Source of the DNA: an uncultured Terracidiphilus sp.
GTDB taxonomy: Bacteria; Acidobacteriota; Terriglobia; Terriglobales; Acidobacteriaceae
NCBI GenBank assembly: GCA_964595845.1
Contig: CAZQRX010000002.1
Coordinates: 7,592 to 71,591, forward strand
Direction of reading: 5' to 3'
Length of the DNA stretch: 64,000 nucleotides
The notes under the pieces are model-generated. The model worked only from the letters and a program-made list of their open reading frames with translations. It was not told where the DNA came from and searched no databases. How positions within the stretch are numbered: position 1 is the stretch's first letter; each line of letters opens with the position of its first letter. This document shows, piece by piece, positions 9,578 to 17,309 of this stretch. Both the position numbers and the translations under genes were made by a program.

Positions 9578-10154
9578 CGGACATGCCTCATCGAGTTGGG
9601 CTAACCCGGCCTTTGCCGGAGAGAGTGCGTCTTTCATGGCAGCTCTGTCGTACGCATCTCTCCCGCAAAGCGATGGATTTTCCTGACTGATTATCGACAG
9701 GGGTTAGTCGCCGTTTACAAACTGCCGGTGATGGTATGGAACTCAGTACTAATGGCGGTGGCCAAAGTCTTCATGGAAGCGGCTGCGCCCAAGGCTATCA
9801 AAGCGATAATCAGGGCATATTCAACAAGATCCTGACCGTCCTCCCGCCTCATCAAGCATTGCAACTTGAAGATGAATCTTCGAAATCTGAACCGCATCGG
9901 ACATGCCTCATCGAGTTGGGCTGACCTAGCCTTTGCCGGAGAGAGTGCGTCTTTCATGGCAGCTCTGTCGTACGCATCTCTCCCGCGATGGCAATGGATT
10001 TTCCTGACTGATTATCGACGGGGTTAGTCGCCGTTTACAGACTGCCGGTGATGGTATTGAACTCAGTGCTGATGGCGGTGGCCAAGGCCTTCATGGCAAC
10101 GGTTGCGCCCAGGGCGATCAAAGCGAGAATCAGGGCATATTCTACCAGATCCTG
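9495..10154. repeat. Tandem direct repeat, 320 bp period (pilin plus intergenic spacer)
   Basis: gcatat anchors at 9495, 9815 and 10135; pilin stops at 9395, 9715 and 10035; spacers 9578-9714 and 9898-10034 near-identical. Confidence 0.95.
9715..9897 (-). CDS. flp: Flp-family type IVc pilin (copy 2, apparently chimeric)
   Basis: 60 aa; G|QDLVEYALIIALIALG...STEFHTITGSL. Confidence 0.92.
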   Translation of the reverse strand: MRFRFRRFIFKLQCLMRREDGQDLVEYALIIALIALGAAASMKTLATAISTEFHTITGSL

Positions 10155-10217
10155 GCCTTCTTCGCGATTCTTCAGGTCCTGGAACTTCACATACAGCTTG
10201 AGAAGCATCGTGTTCAT
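10035..10217 (-). CDS. flp: Flp-family type IVc pilin (copy 1, promoter-proximal, likely major)
   Basis: 60 aa; G|QDLVEYALILALIALG...STEFNTITGSL; GGGGAG RBS. Confidence 0.93.
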   Translation of the reverse strand: MNTMLLKLYVKFQDLKNREEGQDLVEYALILALIALGATVAMKALATAISTEFNTITGSL

Positions 10218-10272
10218 TTGTGTTCTCCCCCTAGTAGATTTTCCCAGCCTGTGGCCGGGGCACTCTGTCTGG

Positions 10273-10288
10273 TGCATGTGTAGTGCCA
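10273..10288 (-). promoter_or_regulatory. Candidate sigma54 -24/-12 promoter for the pilin operon
   Basis: Minus strand TGGCAC-TACAC-ATGCA (GG-N10-GC). AT-rich tract with an IHF-like TAACAATAACTTA at 10315-10327 directly upstream. Confidence 0.75.
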
Positions 10289-10360
10289 TTCAGGAAAAAT
10301 AGTAATATCCTTATATAACAATAACTTACGATTATAATCATGTAAAAATGTGCGCCCAAG

Positions 10361-10378
10361 TGTAAACAATTGTATACA
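10361..10378. promoter_or_regulatory. Candidate upstream activator site (palindrome)
   Basis: TGTAAAC-AATT-GTATACA; extra TGTATACA at 10402-10409; similar site at 30030-30047. Confidence 0.55.
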
Positions 10379-10552
10379 GTTCAATCCCGGCCTCCCGAAC
10401 CTGTATACAGGACACTGAAGTGAGAACCGGAAGTACCGACCGGAAGACGAAAGTAATCGAAGACCACATTGAATTCGCACTGTGCGCTCGTATCACAAGA
10501 ACCTGAACCCGCGCAGCACAGAGATCCCTCGGAGGAAGTAAAATAGCGTCCA

Positions 10553-10568
10553 TGGCAACCAAGATGCA
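10553..10568 (+). promoter_or_regulatory. Candidate sigma54 promoter for the divergent GT87 gene
   Basis: TGGCAA-CCAAG-ATGCA (GG-N10-GC), about 100 bp before the gene. Confidence 0.55.
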
Positions 10569-10667
10569 TTTCTCCTTCAACCGGGAAGCAGCCATCGATA
10601 TGCTCGCTCTGTTGTGCGCCCCGGAGCGGCTCACGCGCATCCCCATATCCAGCGGAATCCAGCAGCC

Positions 10668-11882
10668 ATGGTGTCAGATATGTGGATGAACGTAGAGCCG
10701 CTCATAAGGCAAAAAATCCTTCGCACTGCCGCAGTACTGCCATTTGTTACCGTTTGCGGTCTGGCGGCTGGGTTTATGGCGGGACTCCTCGGCGTTGCTG
10801 TGGTTTCAAGCAAGGCTCCGGGTACACGAGACTACATCGTCTTCTGGGCTACTGCACAGCTACTGACGCACCACGCCAATCCTTACGATGAGGATGCGAT
10901 TACCCGTCTGGAACGTAAGGAGGGACTTCCGCTCAATGTCAAAATCGGCTATATGCGGAACCCGCCCTGGTCTCTGCCACTCATCTATCCGCTTGGCTTT
11001 TTCAGCGCGAGGGTTGGATGGTTGTTGTGGTCCACGTTGCTGCTCGCCTGCTTGGCGGCGTCGGTTCGCTTGATCTGGATAATGTATGGCAGGCCCAGAA
11101 ACAGCAGGTACTTGCTGGGACTTTCTTTTGCGCCGGCATTATATGGCGTGCTCTGCGGTCAAACCTCATTGCTGATGCTGCCAGGATTGGTGCTGTTTCT
11201 GCGCATGTACCGCACACGTCCCTTTCTTGCGGGCATCGCGCTTGGGCTTCTGGCATTGAAACCTCATCTATTTTTGCCCTTCGGCGTTGTGCTGGCGGTG
11301 TGGGTGCTGGTTTCCAGGAGTTACAAGCTGGCCGCCGGCGCGTTGGTTGCCATGGCCGCCAGTTGTGCGATCACATCTCTGATTGACCCGCTGGCATGGA
11401 CACAGTACTTCCAAATGGTGCGCACGGCAAAGATCGATCAGGCATCCATTCCATGCCTGAGTTATCTGCTGCGCAATTTGCTCCTCCCGCGCTCGACGGG
11501 TCTTCTTTTTCTGCCGGCCACCCTGGGCTGCGTCTGGGCGCTGGTCTATTTCTGGCCCCGCCGCCGGACCTGGGATTGGACGAAAGACGGCAGTCTGCTG
11601 ATGCTCGTTTCGCTCCTGGTGGCGCCCTATTTATGGATTTACGATCAGGGCATGGTGATCCCGGCCTTGCTGCAAGGCGCCTTTCTTACCCGCTCCCGCA
11701 ACCTATTGATCGCTCTTGCATTCTTGAGCGCCCTGGTCGAAATCGTGATCTTCCGCGGCCTTGTCTACCCTAAGACCATGCATCTTTGGATGTATTGGAC
11801 CGCGCCCGCGTGGCTGGCTTGGTATCTGGTAGCGCGCGCCGTGGAGCGCGAACCGCGAATTGTCCCATCTCCGGAGCTGTAG
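10668..11882 (+). CDS. GT87/DUF2029-like membrane glycosyltransferase (GT-C), divergent paralog 3
   Basis: RDYIVFW...NPYD, RNPPW, GQTS, ALKPHLF, PYLWIYD; many TM segments. Start uncertain (10668-10686). Confidence 0.8.
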   Translation: MVSDMWMNVEPLIRQKILRTAAVLPFVTVCGLAAGFMAGLLGVAVVSSKAPGTRDYIVFWATAQLLTHHANPYDEDAITRLERKEGLPLNVKIGYMRNPPWSLPLIYPLGFFSARVGWLLWSTLLLACLAASVRLIWIMYGRPRNSRYLLGLSFAPALYGVLCGQTSLLMLPGLVLFLRMYRTRPFLAGIALGLLALKPHLFLPFGVVLAVWVLVSRSYKLAAGALVAMAASCAITSLIDPLAWTQYFQMVRTAKIDQASIPCLSYLLRNLLLPRSTGLLFLPATLGCVWALVYFWPRRRTWDWTKDGSLLMLVSLLVAPYLWIYDQGMVIPALLQGAFLTRSRNLLIALAFLSALVEIVIFRGLVYPKTMHLWMYWTAPAWLAWYLVARAVEREPRIVPSPEL

Positions 11883-11957
11883 AGTTGTTCCCGGCCACGG
11901 CATGGACCACCTGGGCCAGCGGAATCGTCTGCAATTTCGAACTGACCCTTGTCAAAG

Positions 11958-12181
11958 CTACGGGTACACGCGGGGAAACCGGCCTATGGCGAACACGGAA
12001 ACGATCGCCAGAATGATTCCGCCGGCACATCGACGCCATCGTGACAGCCCGAGGTGATTGCCGAGATGCAAATGAACACGGTGAGTACCCACGCCCAGAC
12101 GCGAAGCCGGCGAATAGAGCCCAGCGCGACGGCAGATCGAATGGCGAGCGCAACATGAAACGACGGGAATGAGACGATTCC
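11958..12181 (-). pseudogene. Remnant of a PAP2-family phosphatase/phosphotransferase gene (C-terminal part)
   Basis: Manual translation GIVSFPSFHVALAIRSAVALGSIRRLRVWAWVLTVFICISAITSGCHDGVDV, frameshift, then AGGIILAIVSVFA. Matches the PAP2 SFPSxH and GWHYxxDxxxG motifs in degraded form; no 5' part or start codon. Confidence 0.7.
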
Positions 12182-12237
12182 CGTGAGGGTTTGACGAGGC
12201 GGACGAAACTGTTTCCGTTTGCGTTACCACAGGCTGT

Positions 12238-12726
12238 TCATTGTGGAATCTCCGTCTCGATTTTGCCCTCGCGCAGTGGCCATTCCACCGCCGTCTCCGG
12301 CACGGGTGCATTCGAGAATTCCAGCCTGTCCCCGTACTGTGTCTGCGTGGCGTGGATTGTGCCCGGCGGAAGCTCGAGGACGGAGTGCGCCCAGAGACAG
12401 GCCGACAGCCTCCAGGGTCGCACGTCGCTGCTGAGCTTGCGGATTCGCATCTTGCGGTCCAGATATACCAGGTCGATGGGAAATCGCATCCAGAAGGTAT
12501 GCACTGCTTCGCAGGGGATAATCCACAGCCCCTCTCCGGGAGAGAGACGCTCGCGTCCGAGCAGGCCTTTATTGCGCTGGGCGGCGCTATCAGCTACTTC
12601 CATGCAGGTGGCCAGCACTGTATTGCGGGTCAGATTTGAAACCTGAAGACGGGAGTCCCGGGGAGCAATGCTACGCGTAGCGAGTAGATTCCGCGCTGTC
12701 GATACGGCCCACCTCAATGGATTCAT
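12238..12726 (-). CDS. DUF192-family protein
   Basis: EVADS...RNKGLLGR...GEGLWI...VHTFWMRFPIDLVYLD...SVLELP. Confidence 0.88.
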   Translation of the reverse strand: MNPLRWAVSTARNLLATRSIAPRDSRLQVSNLTRNTVLATCMEVADSAAQRNKGLLGRERLSPGEGLWIIPCEAVHTFWMRFPIDLVYLDRKMRIRKLSSDVRPWRLSACLWAHSVLELPPGTIHATQTQYGDRLEFSNAPVPETAVEWPLREGKIETEIPQ

Positions 12727-12820
12727 CTGCTTGTCTCAAATCCTTTCGCCTGGCCAGCAGCCGCTCTCTGTAATCCCCATCAGAAAGGCCGCCGGCTGCC
12801 GGGAGAGACAGCCGGATACC

Positions 12821-14407
12821 TCATTGGCTCGGAGCAGACGCTGAACTGGTGCTTGTTGTGGTCGGCGCCGAGCTGCCAAAGGTTCCCGTATCGCCCTGGA
12901 CCACGAGTGGCGTCTCCGGCTTCATGCTGTCAATCAACTTATCGATGGGCATGGTTGGCGGCGCGGGGGCCGGTGTGTTGGCCGCGGTCTTGGCGTCCGG
13001 AGTATTCATGGGTATGCCGGAGTTTGGCGGCAGGAACTTCGTCGGAAACTTCAGCGCCGGCAAGGGATCGCCTGCCTGAATGGGAGCAACCATCTCCATA
13101 GTCACCAGGACGATCAGCTCGGTGTTTGTCTTGTTCTTCGACATCGACTGAAAGAACTTGCCGATAATGGGGATGTCCCCCAGAAATGGCACCTTCTGGT
13201 AGGCTTCGGTATCGCGGTTGTCCAGCAACCCGCCGATGCCGAAGCTTTGGCCGTCGGACAACTCGATCTCGGTCTTCATTTTCCGGGTGGCAATAGCGGG
13301 AATCTCATACCCGGAGATCACAATGGCATTGGTGTAGTCCAAAGAACTGACCTCCGGAGCCACCTGGAGACGAACGGTTCCGCGAGGAGTAATGGTAGGG
13401 AGAAAGTTGAGACGAACGCCATATTCTTTGAACAGGACGGAGATGGTTCCGAGTCCGGAGGCGAAGGCATAGGGATACTCACCGCCCGCCAGGAAGCTGG
13501 CCTGTTTACCATTCATCGCCACGATATTGGGTTCGGCGAGAACCTGTACCACGCCCTTGGCTTCGAGGGCCTCGACGTCGACGCCGAAGGGCAGGCCGCC
13601 GGGTCCCAGAGCAAACAAATTCAGTTCGTTGGTAAAGGTCGCTGTGGCGCCAGATGGCGGAGTCACGGTCGTGACGCCATTCGTCGTCGTGATCGATCCG
13701 CCGGATGGGCCGGTGATGGTTGGCGGAGTGAACTGCCCGGTTGAAATCCCTCCAACCGTGTTGAGCCCACCAAGGCTGAATATATTGATGCCCATCTGCA
13801 TCGATTTGCTGCGGTCCACGCTCATAAAGCGAACCTTGAGCAGGATCTGCGGGTCGGATGCCGGTACATTGACGTTGAGAAGATTCACGACTTTACCGCC
13901 CGTGCTGGCAATCTTCACCGCGCGCGAGGAACTGTCGAGATCCTTGACCGTTCCGCGCAGAAAGACGTTGCCATTCTCGATACTGACCTTCAGGGGCTGT
14001 CCGGGAAGCTCGGTACGGAGTTCACGGCGAATCGAGTCCAGGCTGTCGTTCAATGCCTCCGAGCTGGCGCGGACCGTCACGTTGAAAAACTGCCGGCCGC
14101 CGTGCGTATCCCAGACAATCAGGCTGGTTTCTCCGGGGGTCTTGCCATTCACCATGATCTCGGTCGGACTCGTTCCATGCACCTCTGCAATCTCGCTCAC
14201 GCCGATGGAAACACGCTTGATCGGGAATGTAGTGTCAACCAGCACGGTCTTGCCCACCGCGACGGAAAGATCATTCGCCGAGTCCTGAGTGGAGGCGGCG
14301 GGTTCTGAAGGAGACGGTGAGGTCTGAGCCCGCAAGCCGGCCCCGGCGCAGATCAATAGAGCAAATGCGCTGAAAGATGCGATGGTAATGACATTCTTCG
14401 CTCTCAC
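12821..14407 (-). CDS. cpaC: Tad secretin CpaC/RcpA
   Basis: Signal peptide, NGKTPGETSLIVWD, BON-like segment, LAEPN, ASFLAGGE, PFLGDIPIIGKFF. Confidence 0.92.
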   Translation of the reverse strand: MRAKNVITIASFSAFALLICAGAGLRAQTSPSPSEPAASTQDSANDLSVAVGKTVLVDTTFPIKRVSIGVSEIAEVHGTSPTEIMVNGKTPGETSLIVWDTHGGRQFFNVTVRASSEALNDSLDSIRRELRTELPGQPLKVSIENGNVFLRGTVKDLDSSSRAVKIASTGGKVVNLLNVNVPASDPQILLKVRFMSVDRSKSMQMGINIFSLGGLNTVGGISTGQFTPPTITGPSGGSITTTNGVTTVTPPSGATATFTNELNLFALGPGGLPFGVDVEALEAKGVVQVLAEPNIVAMNGKQASFLAGGEYPYAFASGLGTISVLFKEYGVRLNFLPTITPRGTVRLQVAPEVSSLDYTNAIVISGYEIPAIATRKMKTEIELSDGQSFGIGGLLDNRDTEAYQKVPFLGDIPIIGKFFQSMSKNKTNTELIVLVTMEMVAPIQAGDPLPALKFPTKFLPPNSGIPMNTPDAKTAANTPAPAPPTMPIDKLIDSMKPETPLVVQGDTGTFGSSAPTTTSTSSASAPSQ

Positions 14408-15252
14408 TTGTGTCCCTCGGGAGTAACAAATTTTTCTTCACTCGTTTTCGTACCGTTGATCACCTCAATGGAAAAGGCCGGGGGTTCCACGCTTTTGGGG
14501 GCAGCGACGCGCTGCGGCTTTGGCGGCGCGGTATTCATTCCCGTAAAGAGGCTGCTGGTGTCCGTGCCGGCAACCGCATCGACCTTGGTATCCAGCGGAT
14601 TGCGCAGAATGAGCCGTATGGAAAAGTTGCTGGCCAAGCTCAGCTTCTCAGCGTCGGTCGGCGTCACCAGCAGATTGACCACCTGCACAGGCTTCGGCTT
14701 CCCTTCCGGATCCTTTTGAATTTCCGTGCCCGCGGACAAAACCTGAATATTCTGCAGCAGCGTCTTCGATACCTCGCCTTGCGCAGAGTTTGTCACGCCC
14801 GGAGGATTTCCGGAGATCAGAACATCCACGCGCATTCCGGGAGTGACAAACCCAGAGACGTTCACCACGTCGTCAACCCTGACCGCGCAGGCTCTCATGC
14901 CGGGGGGAATGGTGGCCGCCAAGCCTCCGCCGGATCCGATGGCGGCCAGGCGGTTCTCGATAATCGGCTCGCCCGCATAGAGGTCCGAGATGACCCCTCG
15001 TCCAATCGCGCGGCTCATGTCTTTGACGAGAATGGCGCCCGCGGGCACCCCTCCCGCAACCTGGACCGTCGTCAGGTCGCTGGCGCTGAGAACAGTTCCG
15101 AGCTTGATGTCCGTTTTTGCCCCAACGATACTGGTAGCGGCTACCGGACGTACCGCCGACATGCGGCTGTTCACCATCTGATAGACCAGAAAGGTGCATA
15201 CAGAGGCTATCAAGAAAGCGGCCAGAAGGATCGCGAGTAGTCTTCGGTTCAT
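14404..15252 (-). CDS. cpaB: Flp pilus assembly protein CpaB/RcpC
   Basis: N-terminal TM, SAF domain, IPPGMRACAV, VSGFVTPGMRVDVL, LLQNIQVLS, LRNPLD. Confidence 0.93.
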   Translation of the reverse strand: MNRRLLAILLAAFLIASVCTFLVYQMVNSRMSAVRPVAATSIVGAKTDIKLGTVLSASDLTTVQVAGGVPAGAILVKDMSRAIGRGVISDLYAGEPIIENRLAAIGSGGGLAATIPPGMRACAVRVDDVVNVSGFVTPGMRVDVLISGNPPGVTNSAQGEVSKTLLQNIQVLSAGTEIQKDPEGKPKPVQVVNLLVTPTDAEKLSLASNFSIRLILRNPLDTKVDAVAGTDTSSLFTGMNTAPPKPQRVAAPKSVEPPAFSIEVINGTKTSEEKFVTPEGHK

Positions 15253-15306
15253 TTGGAAACCTGTTTGAACTGGCTACCCAGCCAGCTTCGCCTTTCTGTC
15301 CCTTGT

Positions 15307-15322
15307 GGCAATTGCCGCGCCC
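15307..15322 (-). promoter_or_regulatory. Candidate sigma54 promoter for cpaB-cpaC-DUF192
   Basis: Minus strand GGGCGCG-GCAA-TTGCC (GG-N10-GC with TTGC), about 55 bp before the cpaB ATG. Confidence 0.6.
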
Positions 15323-15635
15323 TTGAAAAACCTGTTTCGATTCCATGCCGGAACAGGAGTTGCGTGGACAGATCGTCCAACAAGTTCAAATGCGTATTCA
15401 GTGTATTCCCTTGATGCCTGATCGACACAGCAGCAAGGACAGCCGCATGGACATGAGGTATCAAGAGGGTCATGGGCCAGATCCCTTCTATGAACCATGC
15501 TCGGAAAGATTATAATTGAATTATGCAAGGGAACGATAGGTCTTTCTCGGGCGTTGATCAAGCTGAGTTTGCATGGACCGCGATTTACCCTGCAAAATGG
15601 TACCTGTCGGCGCGAGGAAGGAATTTCATCCGAGC

Positions 15636-17240
15636 ATGAGGACTTCCTCAACGATCTCGCTCTTTTCCGAGCAACCGGAGCTGAATCAGCGGCCCTACTC
15701 CTTTGTGTTCTCGATCCTGGCGCACGGCGTCGCGTTTGGCTTGATTTTTATAGGCATCATCTCCGCGCCCAAGGTCAGGGTCCAGGTTGCCGTGCAGCGC
15801 TATGAGGTGCGGCATCTGGATCTGCACACGCTGGAAGCCGAGATGCAGCGTGCCAGAAGCGATTTCAGTAAAGAAACCAAGGCGCCCCGTGCGCCTTCCA
15901 AAGCGCCGGCTCCCGCAAAAGCGCAAACGACTCCACCGGCCGCAAGCCCGGATGCGCCCCGGCCGGCTTTGCGGATGGTTGTGCAAGCTCCGCGGGGAGC
16001 GCAGACGCTGGTGCAGCCGGATATCCCCAAGCCTCTGGCGCTCAATGTGGAAATCCCGGTGCCGACGGTCGTGATCTGGGCGGGGAAGAAGGCCGTGGTC
16101 AAGACTATCGTTCCGCCCCTGCCGGAAAAGCCGGTGGTGGCCGACGTAAAACCTTCCACGCAGTTGCCCAATGAGGAACAGAACCTGGCGGAGATCGCCA
16201 TTCCCGCCGTCGCTATGCCGGTAATACAACCTCAGCCGATCCTTCCCAGCACCACGACGCCGCTGGTGGTTACCGGGCCCAAGCCCACGCCGCCGGCGCC
16301 GATCACCACCGCGCAAGGCTCCTCGCTGCCGACGCCCGCCGCGGTGATGTCGCTCTCCGAGCATCGCATGGCGAATGGCGCCGTAACTCTGCCTCCCGTG
16401 AACTCGTCGGTTGCCACGCCTTCGCCCGGAGAGCTCGCCCCGGCGGAGGCAAAGAACACCACGCCCGCGGGGCATGGAAGCCAGACCGATAAACCAGTTG
16501 AGAAGCCGGCCGATAAACCAGTTGTCAAATCCGCCGATAAGGCAGTTGGCAAGCCCACCGATAAGCCGGCGGATCATGCAGTTGACAAGGCGAACGATAA
16601 GCCGGCAGATCATGCAGTTGGCAAGGCGAACGATAAGCCGGCGGATCATGCAGTTGGCAAGGCGAACGAAAAGGCCGCCGACCTGCCCGACTCCGCCAAA
16701 GCCGACCATGGAGCCAATGCGGGCACCGCGCAAAAGACTACCGCGCCAACCGGGTACGGGATCGTCAATACGCCTACAGGAGCTCACATTACGAGGCCGA
16801 AGGAAGGACAATTCGGTTCCGTGGTGGTAGGCTCCACGCTCACGGAAAAGTATCCGGAGACGGCCGAGCTATGGAGCGGACGGCTCTCCTATACCGTCTA
16901 TCTTCCCGTCGGCCTGGCCAAGAGCTGGATTCTGCAGTACTCGCTTTCGCGCGCCGACAGCCCTGCGGGCGCGATCACGCGCGTGGAAGCGCCCTGGCCC
17001 TATAACATCGTGCGCCCCAACATCGCTCCCGGCACAATCGACGCCGATGCTCTCATGATTCATGGCTTTGTCAATCAGGCGGGCCGCTTCGAGGCGCTCT
17101 CCATCGCCTTTCCGCCTGAATTCGCGCAAGCGCAGTTTGTCCTCAATGCGCTCAACCAGTGGGAGTTCAGGCCGGCCACGCAGAATGGGCAGAATATCAA
17201 GGTGGAAGTCCTGCTCATCATTCCCGAAGTGGAGGACTAA
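15636..17240 (+). CDS. Membrane-anchored Pro-rich protein with a C-terminal TonB-C-like domain
   Basis: SILAHG-type TM helix, long Pro/Ala linker, C-terminus ALNQWEFRPATQNGQNIKVEV. Confidence 0.65.
   Translation: MRTSSTISLFSEQPELNQRPYSFVFSILAHGVAFGLIFIGIISAPKVRVQVAVQRYEVRHLDLHTLEAEMQRARSDFSKETKAPRAPSKAPAPAKAQTTPPAASPDAPRPALRMVVQAPRGAQTLVQPDIPKPLALNVEIPVPTVVIWAGKKAVVKTIVPPLPEKPVVADVKPSTQLPNEEQNLAEIAIPAVAMPVIQPQPILPSTTTPLVVTGPKPTPPAPITTAQGSSLPTPAAVMSLSEHRMANGAVTLPPVNSSVATPSPGELAPAEAKNTTPAGHGSQTDKPVEKPADKPVVKSADKAVGKPTDKPADHAVDKANDKPADHAVGKANDKPADHAVGKANEKAADLPDSAKADHGANAGTAQKTTAPTGYGIVNTPTGAHITRPKEGQFGSVVVGSTLTEKYPETAELWSGRLSYTVYLPVGLAKSWILQYSLSRADSPAGAITRVEAPWPYNIVRPNIAPGTIDADALMIHGFVNQAGRFEALSIAFPPEFAQAQFVLNALNQWEFRPATQNGQNIKVEVLLIIPEVED
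16488..16667 (+). repeat. Coding tandem repeats: 3 x 24 bp then 3 x 36 bp (DKPADHAV[DG]KAN)
   Basis: 24 bp units from 16488; GATAAGCCGGCRGATCATGCAGTTGRCAAGGCGAAC at 16560, 16596 and 16632. Confidence 0.9.
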
Positions 17241-17309
17241 AGCCCGCATCCCGGCCAGGTCCAATGAGCGGACCTGCCGGGATGCGGTCTTTGTTCTCCT
17301 TCACGCGCT

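Noticed and set aside
9495-10154. 320 bp repeats as a CRISPR array, DGR or integron cassette array
   Set aside because: No reverse transcriptase, integrase or cas gene in the window; simple tandem duplication explains the pattern.
16488-16667. 36 bp repeats as a possible CRISPR array
   Set aside because: Units are contiguous with no unique spacers, lie in frame within a CDS, and no cas genes are present.
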